DNA of 63,697 bases, filler included, from Choristocarpus tenellus KU-1152 (lineage: Eukaryota > Protista > Phaeophyceae): the NCBI GenBank assembly GCA_964200185.2. It is 11 parts of 11 records of this genome, joined end to end, with 100 filler letters (N's around TTAATTAATTAA, not from the genome) between each part and the next. Parts side by side here need not be neighbours in the genome. Positions count along the whole stretch, not along the records: positions 21,343 to 25,045 come from CAXNAD020018422.1; positions 25,146 to 30,287 come from CAXNAD020011738.1; positions 30,388 to 35,050 come from CAXNAD020013569.1; 8 more parts are not named here. One strand, written 5' to 3'. Numbering within the stretch: position 1 is the first letter of the stretch; every line of letters starts with the position of its first letter. Shown one piece after another: positions 21,898-35,050 of this stretch. The notes under the pieces are model-generated. The model was given only the letters and a program-made list of their open reading frames with translations, made no database searches and had not been told where the DNA came from. The translations under genes were made by a program, and so were the position numbers.

Positions 21898-24193
21898 TTA
21901 CAGCTGCGAAACATTCAATACCTCCCATGTGTGCAAAAAAAAAGAAGGTTTCGTCATCTCATTCTTTTTATCTTCTCCCACCTCAACAAGTGGTGCAATC
22001 TTGTGCCTCGTCGACTTCCCCCCTTCCTCCTCCACGGCTTCCTGCTCTTTCTCTTCATTACAGCTCGGTATCTCTTCGTCAATCTTTGTGCCGCTGCCAC
22101 CAACACTGCTGTTGCCGTAGTTACTTGGCCCAAACCTAGTATTGGTGGTGGCCCCCTCTCTTACTACTCTTTCCCATTTCTCTTTTTGGAATCCTGGCAA
22201 TGTTGCCCCTTGGTGTAACTTCCCTGTCGGACCAACACCTCCTGCCACTGTTGCCCTGTCAGATATCACCTCAACCCTTTGCTCAGTCCCTACCCCACCT
22301 CTCACTCCCGCAACCAAGTTTGATTGATCCCCTGACCAAAGCAGTCCATTGCCTTGAAGGGTTCCTGTCATGCTGGGGTTCTTCTCCACCAGTTTGCTTA
22401 TGCATTGCCTGGCTTCATCAACTGCCTGTCAAGCATACGATAAGATTATGTATTGTGGTTAAGTATGTTGGGGAATACAGCCAAAGCTCTATACTTTTAA
22501 GAATGATTTGCATGAGTTGATGATACCCCACTTGAAGTAGATTTACAACAGGTAAGGCGGCAGAAAATGTGCGGAAGACTTAAAAAAGTGAGGCAGGCAT
22601 GCAAGAGGGAGGCAGGGGGGGGAATCTGGTTGATACGTGTTTTCTAGTGGATGCCCAGATCTAGTAGAATAGAACTGTTGAGAGCAAAACTTTATGGTTA
22701 ATATGTGGTTGATACCATTTAATGCAACAGATTTCAGTAGTGCTAAGAGCTATAATCTGTGTTGTTGTAAAGGAACTTGTGTGTATAGCACTTAATACTC
22801 GAAAATGCATCAGGGTAGAGAGGAAAGACATTATATTTCTCCTCTGAAATATGCGATCCACCATTATTTATGGTGTTGAACCCTTACGTTGGGAAATCAT
22901 AGTCAGGCATATCGTTTGATGTGGTGTAATACTTCCACTCCTTGCATGATCTCCATATTGTGGATAGGTTTACGAATTCTTAATGGAAAGTCAATCAGCT
23001 GCTGTTGCGATCAATAATTACTTGTAGTTGACTATCGATTTCAACTCGAAATTTCTTGGAGTAATGTCGATCAATCCAGTGAAGATGTCAAAACAATCTG
23101 AACACTGAGTTGGAAGAAATTTGAGATTAGAAGAGGTGCTACTAAGTGCTCAATGCAGGGTATGTTCGGTAGTGAGAATCAGAATGGAGTTCCGGCCTTC
23201 TTTGCTCGGCATCCTTGAAGAGTTGGTATTGGAGGGCGACATTTTTTTCGGTATGCTCCCGGTGAAGGTCAGGCATGTGGTTGTCAAGCCAGACCTAGGT
23301 GCCTCATACATGGAGTGATATCCTACTTGTCAGGTAGCTCAAGTTTGCACAAAGTACGTTGAAACAAAACACATACTGGAGAGCAGGAGGTTGGGCCACA
23401 CTATGAGCAAGTTGTCTCGTAATGATCGGCTCAGATCTTTTTTGGGTTTCTACAACAGATCATCGTTCCGTATGCGACTATGTTTGGACTAATATTCCTA
23501 GCAGCATTTCAATTAGGGCACAGGATCAATACGAGAATTTCGCTGGGAAAAAGAACTCTATACCGTTCCCACTCATTCTCTATAGAAGTTGCAGTGTTTG
23601 ACATTGTCTCAAGTATAGCTTAAACTTCTTCGTTGACGGGGAAAGGCGCATTAGACTACACACACCTCTAGAAATTCCAGCATGATTGCTCGCTGTGACA
23701 TCATCTCCTGGTTGTACTTGCTAAGGACTGCTTTCACGGTCCTTTCGATCCGGATGTCGATGCCTGAGTCTTCGACAGGAATAGCAACTGATCCTTCTCC
23801 CGATTCTTGGTAAGCATCGCCAGGCACCACATTCTGGACCGCATCCTTCTCTTGCTGCCCACGATCTCCAGGTGAGAGTCCCTCCACCGATTGATCCATA
23901 GTTCCCTCTCTTCTGGCATCTAAGTCCTCTTTCGATCTCTTACTGTTAGACGTATGAGCCCCAGCAATCGTGTAGGATTCAGGCCTCGTTAGAGACGACT
24001 TCTCTCTACTTCCTTTGTCTTGTTCGTTAGTCGTGCCAAAATCCACGTTTCTTCTCCCCCTTACCCCGTAGCCACCCATCTCTTCATCCCCACTCCCATC
24101 TCCGTAGCTCATGTAGTCTCCTTCGGAGTCGTTATCCTGGTTGTCTACCCACGAACTTCCAAACGTCTGCGACACGTGGCTGCCATTGTTCAT
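21898..24193 (-). pseudogene. Degenerate multi-exon gene of unknown function (acidic, low-complexity ORFs at 24193-23651 and 22389-21898)
   Basis: Two protein-like hydrophilic ORFs on the same strand; the first ends at GAG|gtgtgt. Neighbouring frames carry stops. No domain recognised. Confidence 0.35.
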
Positions 24194-25007
24194 TTCCTGC
24201 CATATGATAATGACCTACTCGTAGTTCACTTCGTGGTAGTGGGAAGTTCTACCTCTTGAACAACCTAATTCGTGACATAATTGGAGCCATCAAATTTTCT
24301 TTTGTACATCGTCTTTCTGTCTTTGTTGTAGTGTGAACAGAGTGGATGTCGCAACTTTGTTGGGAGTTGAGGACTGGAAACCATCTGTAACTGTCATGAA
24401 AAGGGTTTGACCCATTTTTTGTACTGTTGTACCATTTATCATATTGTAACTCCTTGAAGGTATTACAATAATAAAGTGCATTTGTGGCACGATAGAGTAA
24501 TACCCCCCAAAGTAGCTTTAAGACGAGGACTCCACGGTTCAAACTTCAAAGTCGCACAAATTATCTTTTGTCGATTAGGCATGTGGACGGTCTGGAAATT
24601 GTTGCCGTGATACTATTGTTGGTACTACTAGTTTAAGCCAGACTATCCATATTAATATATAACTTGGTGCACACTTGTGGCAAATGATTATTTCGTTCTC
24701 GTTGATTATTTCTTAGAACAGTTTAGGAATTCGTGGAAAGAAATATAAACAATACGAACTTGGACTTCTGTAGATTGGGGTTGCTAAATAGGTACGCATG
24801 GAGACGACATTTTATGTATCACTGTTCATTGCGGTGCCATTGTTCAAGCGATACTGATTAATTGTAACGTCGTTACATGTTAGTCTATAGTTATGGCTCG
24901 GTACTCAGTATGATTATGTACAATGAGTTGGTGTGTGACTGTGTGATTGAGATTTTCTACCCTCACATTGCCAGGAGCAGCACAATAAGATCAACCTTAC
25001 CCAACTA

Positions 25008-25045
25008 TGTTCGATTAGACTCTTCCAACTCTATCGGACAGTTAC
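25008..25045 (+). mobile_element. Start of a probable copia LTR (TGTTCGATTAGACTCTTCC...), truncated by contig end
   Basis: Near-identical to 29044-29007 on the minus strand, which lies just upstream of the copia gag. Confidence 0.55.
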
Positions 25046-26399
25046 NNNNNNNNNNNNNNNNNNNNNNNNNNNNNNNNNNNNNNNNNNNNTTAATTAATTA
25101 ANNNNNNNNNNNNNNNNNNNNNNNNNNNNNNNNNNNNNNNNNNNNACAGGCGAAAAAAAAAACCTCAGGGTACTTTTTTAAGACCGTTTTCACAAAACAA
25201 CCATCCTCAGTTTTGAGAAAGACCTGTTAGCTACTAACATATAATATGCGCTCTTCCTTTGGGGAGGAGATAGGTAACAATACTACAAAACATCTCTGTT
25301 ACATGCACTATGTAGAATGCACCTGCTGCCAGTTTGTATTGAAGTACTATTTACTAAAGCATGAAATGATTTATCAAATTGAGAGATCCAGTACATTTGA
25401 TTATATTCTATTATGTTGCCATCTTCAAGCCTCACTATCAGCTTACAGGCTTGTGGGTTGGAGCTACATATCTCATCATGGTAAGTTGTGGGAACGTTTG
25501 TAACATACCCCCCTGTTGACACTACATCCCATACTCTTTATAACCAACCACCTACGGAGCAAAAATTTAAAAATGAGGACCCATTTGTATCTATTTCTAT
25601 CCTCACTCCCCTTTCTTTTGGTTTCCCCTTCACTTCTCACAGGATCAAATTTGACGAGCACCCCCATTCGTATACGCTCTTACCACTACTACTACTACTG
25701 CGAAATATGTCGAAATAACTATTAGCAATTGTTAGTAGTAGAAGTTAGTGTTGGATTGAGTAGTAGTGGTGTCATATTGTCATTTGGGTAGGAAGGGAGG
25801 GTTACATCAGGTTATGTTACTGGTGTGCGTGAGCAGGTAGTGGTTGAGTTTGCATGTTGACGACTCTTCTTGTTTTGGGCGATGATGCTGGTGGCGCCCC
25901 TACTAATGGGACCCGATAGGTCATATGAGAGTATGATGGACAGTTGGACCTGAAAAATAATACAATTTTCAGAATTTCTCTGTGTTACTACTCTTAACTT
26001 TTTTTCTTCTTTATACTAATTTACTCATTTATATTATCATGCGTTTTGCACTTATTTTTCATTCTTTGGTCTTGATGATGATCCCCATCCACATAATCTG
26101 TTGTTGTCAACCATGTCAGACTTGTTCATTCGGATCTGCTCATGATCCCTAACCTGTAGAGGTAGGTCAGGTATTGGGGTCAAAGTCAACCCCACCTTTG
26201 TTCTCGAGTGTATATGCTTCCTCCTACATCCTCTCATGTACGACTGGCTACCGACTCAGCACTCTCTTCAGGGGGTAGAAATTGAAGAGAAGATGGACAT
26301 GTAGTTGATGGTAAAAATGCCGCGCAGTGCACTGTATATGGAAGTGTGAGTTGCGTTGTGTGGTGATGCTCAAGGAACGGCATAAACATAGTGCGCCAG

Positions 26400-26880
26400 A
26401 CTTTGTTGATGATGCATGTTATATGGCTCCTGGACGTTACGTTTGCTGAAATGCAGGCAGCATTTCACCTGCCACACTCATCCACCAGCAGTGGTGTAGC
26501 TGCTGCGGCAGCTGAGGCGCGAAAGCGAGCCCACTACGAGGGCTCTTTTGATCCTCGTAGTCTTAACCTCAACACCTTCGCGGTGAAACGTTTTGGGGGC
26601 CTCGGTAAGTAAGTGGAAAGTTTCCAATATGAGCTAGCTACGCATACGATAGGAGGGACAGTAACAGGAGGCTACAGCGGGAAAGGGGCTGTCAAATCTC
26701 GCCTACAACAAATAGGCTCTGTAACAACGCAGGTGGCCCTGTCTAGACGTGTCATGAGTTTAAAGCTGGAGTCACCAGGGAGATGGGCAAGGAGGGGCTT
26801 GTTAGATTATTGGGATGCTTCCCTAGCCCCTCACCCTGGGGTGTAGGAATGGCTAGGTTGGACACACAGGAAGGCCGGCC
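26400..26880 (+). mobile_element. 3' fragment of a non-LTR retrotransposon with restriction-like endonuclease (CRE/R2-group-like)
   Basis: LDVT...AAAAAEARKRAHY...FAVKRFGGLGK...LQQIGSVTTQVALSRRV has the REL-domain D...K..Y...E-FG.LG pattern. It abuts and truncates the copia protease. Confidence 0.8.
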
Positions 26881-26889
26881 GCGAGAGAG

Positions 26890-29044
26890 AAGAATGGCAG
26901 TGACTATCCTTTTGTTTCCAACGCAAGGCTTGTAATTTGTTATGTGAGTTATCATATTAGTTACATGACATGAAGCCGCACTGTCCGAAACCGTTCTTCT
27001 CTCTCGCAGCCAACCCCAACACTTGACACCAAACATTCGTTTGCCCCACACTTGCCAGGAGCATTGCTGCTCGGAGAGTCCTCAGTGGCGACCAGTAGTG
27101 CGTCTCGCTCGTCGTCGCCGCAGCTGGTGATACTTTCCACAGTAATGTGGGAAGGATTCGCCTCAGTCTTGATCTCTTCTTTCCCAGACTGCACCATAGT
27201 CAAGAACACTGAAGTGCATGTTGTTGCATCATGGGCACGTCCACCGCATTTGGTGCAAATGCGGTTTGGGTAAGCTGGCTTCTCATGTCCATGCTTACCG
27301 CATCTCTCACAAGGAATCTTGTTGGAACATTTTGGGTTGGAATTAGAACCATTTTTCTTTCTTCCACAATTAAATTAACGTTCGGCCCCACGACCTTGGC
27401 CGTTGCGATGAGACTGACTATTCCCTTGCAATGAGCTGTTAACGACCAAAGCATGACTGTTCTTGTGTCTTGAGTCCTTGCCCTGATGAAGGGAAGCATA
27501 TCACTCTCTAGCAGTTTTCTCTACGTCTGCTCAACATAGTGTTCTTTGTGAGACCATCATGTGTATCTTGGTATCGTAATCTGATCCGAGAGAACTCAGG
27601 AACTGTAGGAGCAGCAGCTTGTCCGAGATGACCAGGTCTATTGATAGCATTCTCTCCCGTAGCTCTTCCAGGTGGTTTAAGGTCAGGATTGGATTCGCCC
27701 CCTTCTCCACCTTTGAAGTGAAAAACTCACGGAACAAATGTTGGCTATTACCCACTGTATCAGGCATGAACCAATCATCTATTGCTCGGAAAAGCTCGCT
27801 CGGGCTTTGATGTGTATAGCACAGTGCCCTGGTGGTGGGTGCAACGCTCGATACATCGATTCAAGATCATGACCAAAACCTTAAAGGTCACAGTCTCACC
27901 ACTTAAAAACCGCACGATACAAGAGTACTGCAGACTCACCTCGGGAAACTTGGGCCCTTTGAGAGACTTGCTTTCCCTGCCCCCCGTCTCGAATGGAGTT
28001 GCTACATGATTTTCTCTTCTTCTCCAAATGTTGGCTACTCCACACTGTATTAGGCATAAACCAATAATCTATTGCTCGCAAAAGCTCACTCGGGCTTTGG
28101 TGTGTATAGCACAGTGCCCTGGTGGTGGGTGCAACGAGAGCTACAGTAAGTGCATGGTAGGCCTCTTTGGCCATCCAGATATCATTTGCACTGAAGCCAT
28201 CCGAGAGAAGTTCCTCGTTGGAGCGTTCTTGATTGACTGGTCTTTCACTTGTCAACGCATCCAAACAGTGAGTATATCTGCAATGCACGATGAAACGCCT
28301 CCACCAGTCCCGGTAGTCCGAGTCGTCCAATAGTTTCGGTGGTTGGGTTCTTGATCTCTTTGTCGTAGGGCGAACAATATGTGCGCCTGACCCCAAGCTC
28401 TCCGAAGAACCGGACCTCCGGCTCGCACCACTTCTGATGCTCGCAGCATCCAAACTGTTTCCCCTCTCTGGGAATTTTTCCCTCAACATGGATTCCATAG
28501 GACCCACTTCAACTGGTACGCACGCCCCCATCCGGAGGCCGTGTGCTGGGCACAGCGGCCTGGGCGATGGGATGATTTCCGTCGCCGACTCTTTCAGACT
28601 GAACCATGAGATTGCCAACGTTTCTTGACAACTCCACTACCATCGCCATAAGCTGTCTGAATTCTTGGACAGATGGGCCTTCAGAAGGAACAGGTTCCCG
28701 CAATTCTTGAATCGCATCTCCCTGTGTAGACATGATGAAATGATGGGTTAGAAACCTAAGGTCCAATATATTTATTTTCTTAAAGTATCCCCCAAATCAC
28801 CACAGAGGATAAAGGTTATAAACCCGGCGAGATTGCTTGGTGTCTGTAGAGTGATTGATTAAAGTTAGGTGGGGCATGCAATGCCCCATAAAATCAGAAA
28901 TATTTCCTTTTATATGAGAAACATTCTCATTCAATTAATCACTAGTAAAAGGTTCTGATAACTCAACCAAGAATTGATTGTGCTGTTACTCCATACATAT
29001 TTTACCGTAACTGTCCGATAGAGTTGGAAGAGTCTAATTGAACA
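26890..29044 (-). mobile_element. Ty1/copia retrotransposon 5' part: probable LTR, gag, zinc knuckle, protease (degenerate)
   Basis: gag from ATG 28733 (frameshifted); DYRDWWRRF; UBN2-like LEELRERMLSIDLVISDKLLLLQFLSSLGSDYD; knuckle CTKCGGRAHDATTC; protease VSDSAASCHVT (copia DSGASxHM). Confidence 0.88.
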
Positions 29045-29599
29045 TGGTACAGTATACGTGGTAGTAAAATAGCAAATAAATGAATGTTCATCACATTTAT
29101 GACAACGGATACCTTTTTAGAGATTTGGCTGAAATGTGAATAGCTTTCATTGGTTTTTCCCCTGACACGTCTGCAAAATGTCAGAGGACATAATAATATT
29201 GCGGAACATATGTATACTATACAGCTTGTGTCACTCAACAGTTAGTAGTGGTTATAGTACTACATTCAAGAGTATATTTCGTTGGTGATAATAATTAGTG
29301 TTGTGAACAACAATTCAATTGGTTTCAGTTCATTAACTCGAATATCCGAAGTTCTGGCTGAACACGTTCGGCATTTGATAGAGAAGCAAAGTCACCAAAA
29401 TTTAGTCAGACTTGTCCACATAGCCTTGATGTAAACAAAATATGGTCCTGGTCGACTACACAAGCGTCCACGTACCTCAGAGATTGCTCCCTGCATGAAT
29501 TTTGCGGGCTCGAACCTCATCGATACCAGTCACTGGGCACAATACTGTATGTAGAGTAGACTAAATACCATACACGATACAATCATAAGGAAAATGAAA

Positions 29600-30066
29600 A
29601 ACAAATATTAGCCCTGTCAAACAGGTGCCCAGTGACCGGGTGCAGGAAGCAAAATGTCGACACCAGACATCCTCGTACCTGCCTCAGGGCAGGAGGCCAG
29701 GTGCGACAACACACCCCTATGGTGAAACGTCTCAGCCAACTATGCAAGAGGATGGGCATCCCTTGCACTACGGAGGATGGTAGCCCCTTCACAGTCGATA
29801 GGAATCTCTGCATGGATTGAGTCTTCCATGCAGGGGCCCTTGCAGACGTAAGATCAGCCCCCTACCGGGACAAAGGCCTTCTCCTCGATGTTACGTCTGC
29901 GGAAGTACAGGTAACCTCCTACCTCCCACACTCACCCACCACCAGCAATGGTGTAGCTGCTGCTGCAGCTGAGGCGCGAAAGCGCACCCACTATGAGAGC
30001 TCTTTTGACCCTCGTAGTAATAACCTCAACACCTTTGCGGTGAAACGTTTTGGGCGCCTTGTCGAA
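29600..30066 (+). mobile_element. Second REL-type non-LTR retrotransposon fragment (CCHC finger plus endonuclease)
   Basis: CPVTGC...HPRTC...RQH, then LLLDVT...AAAAAEARKRTHY...FAVKRFGRL. Nucleotide similarity to 26430-26600. Confidence 0.85.
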
Positions 30067-33000
30067 TAACCTAGTGTTATCCTTACGTTATCTGTGCTGA
30101 TCCAAGTAAACAACATAGCTCATATGTACGTTGATCTTTAATTTAGTAAAATACAAGGTAGTAACGTACACAGCGGTACGTTATGGTGGGTCAATGGGAC
30201 ATTACGAATAGTATAGTGTGTGGAAAGCATGTTTGCCTGTTATTATACCGTTATTGCCGTATGCCATATACCGTTATACCATGGTACNNNNNNNNNNNNN
30301 NNNNNNNNNNNNNNNNNNNNNNNNNNNNNNNTTAATTAATTAANNNNNNNNNNNNNNNNNNNNNNNNNNNNNNNNNNNNNNNNNNNNCTTTGAGTGTGCA
30401 CGCGGATGTGTATTTGGACTAAGATCAGCTCCCGAAGGGACCTGTCCGTCACATAAAAAGTATTCTTTGTGCACGTCCTCTTTTTCTTCAACTTCTCTGC
30501 ATATTCTCATGTCTCCAGGAAAGAAGTAAGAATGGCTGTTTATTGAGGCAGATAATTCACTTCCTTACTCCAAAACTCACTCCCTGCAGACTTTGCTTCC
30601 ATAGGTTAAGGCTGTATGTAAACATTCATTTAGCTGTTGTGGTTTAAGTTAGGTTTAAGCAATAAAGAACCGAAAATGCCGAACAATTAGGTGATAGGAG
30701 TTTGTCGAAGTTTCAAGTGTTTTGATTCCATATATAGCAAGAGCCCAGATCTGTGTATTTGTAATCTTATTTTTGATGTATGAGTACAGGTTTCTAATTG
30801 CACTATTGATTCGTATGGTTAGTGGAATATATATATGTAGTATTGTGATGCCATGAAGTTTGTACCCATTTCCTTTTCTAATTTCTTGTATTACAATGCG
30901 AACTTTCCACTCTTTTTCTACTCTCTTTATATATTGCCTTTTATACAACCATACAACAATGACAAGAAAACTATCTCCTCTCAAATAACGATTTGGAATA
31001 GAGAGGGGCCTCAATTTTTCCATATGTCGGATTCCATCCTACGATTTCCGAGTTGGTTACAACGTTGGAAGATTGCCTAACCACATTTACTACTACTCTA
31101 TCCTACCTCTATGATACCCCTGCTTAGTGCACTTTATAAGGATCATAAGGCACTTGGAAACCCTTTTCAGCTTTCGCCATCCAGGAAGTGAAGTCGAATA
31201 GTCAAGTGAGACTAAGAATGTTGGAGGACAAAAGTCAGATCTGGGCTCGTACAACTATTCTTCATCAAGGATAAATGATAAGAGTACGATAGAATTAGGG
31301 GATGAGATTGCTAGAAGGCGGAGGCAATCCAGCAATAGGCTTTTGCGAAGTTCGTGCATACACCTAGGGATACACATGTATTGATCATTTGAATAGTAGC
31401 CACGGCACTAAACTCGTATTTAAGGTATGCATGGAAAGTTACCAGCACGACTTCCAAGTGGTTGGTGAGGAACAATTGCCATAAGATAACTACCTTACCC
31501 TGAACCGCCGAATGCCATGATTGACCTCACCAAAAGACTTGAATAAGAAACACTACAATTATACATCATGGAGATATACAAGACTCTGAAGCAGGCACAT
31601 GGCATGGCTGCCTCACTGGCTTACTTTTTCGAGAAAAACCTCTCTTTACCTCTTCCCCTCGCAGATAAGGGTGATCATTTGGAGGTGATGCCGTCATGCT
31701 CAAATTCTGACTTCGTCCACTTTGGGGTCCATGAAGGAGGAAAGATCTTGACCGTCATGTACTTGCCAGCGTTACTATTGGCGTGGGGTCTTGTGTCGAC
31801 GTGGTCGGAATCGCCCAATATTCGGAGGAAAATACTCCTGTTCCTCCATTGGCTGAGGTGGGCAAGTGATTAGTTGCGAATCGCGTGTCCTGGTATATTC
31901 GACCTTGCAATGTTATAACTGCAGCGAACGGGAAATCCCCACATGATGGGTGTTTTATGAAGTTTCTACAGAGTCCTTGTCGATACACCTCCAGTAGATT
32001 TGCCAACTCATAGTATTCGACAATTCCTTATGGGTGCGTTTCTTGGTATTGAATACTGTCTCTTTCTGGGTAAAACACCTGAAGCACAAGTAATACCCTC
32101 TCATAGTGACGTAGCATACATGTTCTCTCCTCATGCAACTTCTTTGCGCCCTTGCTTACGGATTTTTTTTGCATGGATAGTGGGATACTCTTCGCATCAT
32201 GCAAGGCCATCACTTCGATTATGATCTTGAACTGCTGGTCCACTAATGAAGCGAAGCCAGTTATCTACCTCCTCAATTTCATCACGATGACAAGTTTGAA
32301 TCTCTTCGCGCTCACCGACCTAGCTCTCGCCGTCCGCCTCGCCCAGATTGTTGAGGTATGAGCAATTTAGAACATGTAAGTCCGGAAATATACAGCAGAA
32401 AAGACAGTCTTGAATACAGAATTGCTGTCAGTCTTACAGGCACAGATCTTGGTGATGCCCTCTCCACTAGTATATTTGTGGTGGAAAAAAGGTTTCGAAA
32501 ATCTGTCCCTCGTAGATCCACAAGGCATATTTTCTACTGGAGGATTCATTGCACCTCGAATGATGTCCAATCAGACCAAGTCAAGGCATATGAAGTGGAA
32601 ACGCTGAAGTTCCTGTGCTACGTCCATCCACGTTTTGAACGAGCGAAACAAAATTTAGTTTGCAAAGGTCTGATTTTAATATTTTTCCTCTCACAGAATC
32701 AGCAATGACGTAGCAGTGATACTTGTACATGGCTTGCCTTGAATCACCCCATCCACCAATAGTTGCACGACCGTTATTGATGTAAGTTCCTAGACCACCA
32801 TTGAGTAGATCTATTATAACTTCGCTCATCTTATAGCTCAAAGGTAATGGTCTTTTCAGTCATGCGGTTAGTTCGTCATTTAATATTGAACTCTGCCAGA
32901 ATTCTAGGTGATTTTCTCTATATTATTTTTTGTCTTTGAGCTTCTGCCACCTTGCTGCACTGTGAATATTAGGCAATGAGAGAGAGTGCAATAGGTGGGA

Positions 33001-34367
33001 AATAAAAATGCACTTAATTCTAGACCTGCATGTACTCTTGAGGGTACAAATATATTTGGTGTGCGTGGCAGCTGCAAGGAATCGAAACTACTTGATCTCA
33101 TGCTCAAGCAGTGGAGACTGGATATTGTTGTTTTCCGTACCAAACAAACTTCCATTACCTCCTATGAATTTTGGGATAATGTGCGTTGCTCTAGCTTCCA
33201 AGAGTTAGAACATCATCAAACATGTGAGTTTGGTTGTTTGAGATAAGTCTGGGTGTGGCAACACGACCACTGGTGTGTGAGGCAGGTATTAAATCTCAGC
33301 AGGTGTTTATGTTATGGTGGGGATCTTGATTCTCTTTTCGTTTTACAAGGGAAGGACAGCCGAAGGTGTGTCCGTGACATTGACATAATGCTCTAACCTC
33401 TGTAGTTGTGATGATCAAGTAGCTGCACTAATATCAAAAAGGATATCACCTTACAAGATAGATTTGATGGCAGTTAACAGAAGATATAAGTTATTGCAAA
33501 ATATTTCACACTCCTGGTGACATGACAAGTGACGGGTTTCGGACTACTGTGAATGAATTGATGGGCAAGAGTGCTGGGATGCACTATAACAATATGATAT
33601 TTCTTGATCCTGCTTCATTACCTACATGTGCATCACTTAAACTGGAGTGAGGTGAGGACAAGCTTGTACTTCATCAACAAGAAAGACTTGCTGGTGTTGC
33701 CTACGTCTTATTGTATTGCCTGCCCTGTACCCTATGTGCTACATATTTTACCTCCAGGCTCACAAGAAATGCCAGCGATTAAGAACTGCAGATGCTATCA
33801 ACTTCGCAAAAGCTGCTGTGTTTGGGTCGTTGGGTGCGGTATTTTCCTCAATATTCTTCTGGAAAGGAATTGTGGTGACTGGTGGTAAGAGATTCCCTCT
33901 TGCACAGATATTTCTCATTTTTTACACTGTAATAACTTTGCTGTATCGTTGGTGTTGTTAGTGTTAGGGTCAGTAGTCTTTGTAACAGCATCGGTAACCT
34001 TTATTATCGACTTTTCACTATAAAATGTGTAACCCCGTGGCATTTCTCATATTCTCATGCCACACCTTCCTTCTCCTGGTCTCGATGGATCCATGGTTCG
34101 GGGTCATAGGCACCTACATCATGGTCAACCCTGTGGGCAAGGTGGGCCAATGTTGATGTCTGGAAGCTCACCTCTCAGTGTTGAATAGTAGAAAGCGTTA
34201 CAATATGTCAATATGTATGCACCGAAGATGTTAAATCAACCAAATGAATGACATCCCCATAGAGGCACTCCTCTGTTGATTGTCAAGATCATTAGTTATT
34301 GCTTCAGTTCTATGTTGAATGGCTGTTCACTATAAAGTTAAATTTTCGAGCAGCTGCGATAGGACAG

Positions 34368-34628
34368 GAGATCCAAAGTATCTTAGAGGGTAGAGCCGCA
34401 TCCAATTGGGAGTCAAAATCCAATGTTGTGATTTTGATGAAAAATTGGTCATTGGGTTTGTTAGGAAGTGTCAATATCCCTGTTCCAGACGCACCTTTTC
34501 ATAACGTACACATTTTACCTACTCTGAAATATTTCGGAATAGGAAAATGTCATAAAGTAACCCATGGGAAGCCAAGCCCCAAACGGACAAACAGGGCAAA
34601 ACTCGTACCTTCCAAGATACTTTCACTA
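34368..34628 (+). mobile_element. MITE family 1
   Basis: CAAAGTATCTTAGAGGGTAGAGCCGC ... CTCGTACCTTCCAAGATACTTTCACT; termini slightly mutated. Confidence 0.9.
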
Positions 34629-35031
34629 AGGACTCTGGAATTCAAAATACTGATAGTGACGTCGCTTTTTCTAGCTGCTTCCTAAAAAGACACAAATGTG
34701 AAGTGGTTACCATTGTTTTACTTTCTTGGCCATGGTGTATGAACACCTAGTATGCAGTGGAGCTGGCAGGAAAAGAACAAGTAGGTCTTAATGTCTCTCT
34801 TAGAGCGATCAGATGCTTGGAACAGAGAGATTGAGCGGCAGGTTTCTCAAAAGATCGAGGCTAGTAGGAGTACATTGGTTCAAACTACTATGAATGCCAT
34901 GCACTACTAAATAGAAGTAGAGAAAGTAGTCCAGAGTTATACTTAACAACCACCAGTAATCACAATATGAATCCAGTCGCTGTACACTTCAAGAGGTCTG
35001 TAGACACAGCATGGAGGGTTTTCCTAATACA

Positions 35032-35050
35032 GGGTCCACGTATCTGGGGG
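35032..35050. mobile_element. MITE family 2 terminus at contig end
   Basis: GGGTCCACGTATCTGGGGG, then the gap. Confidence 0.6.
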
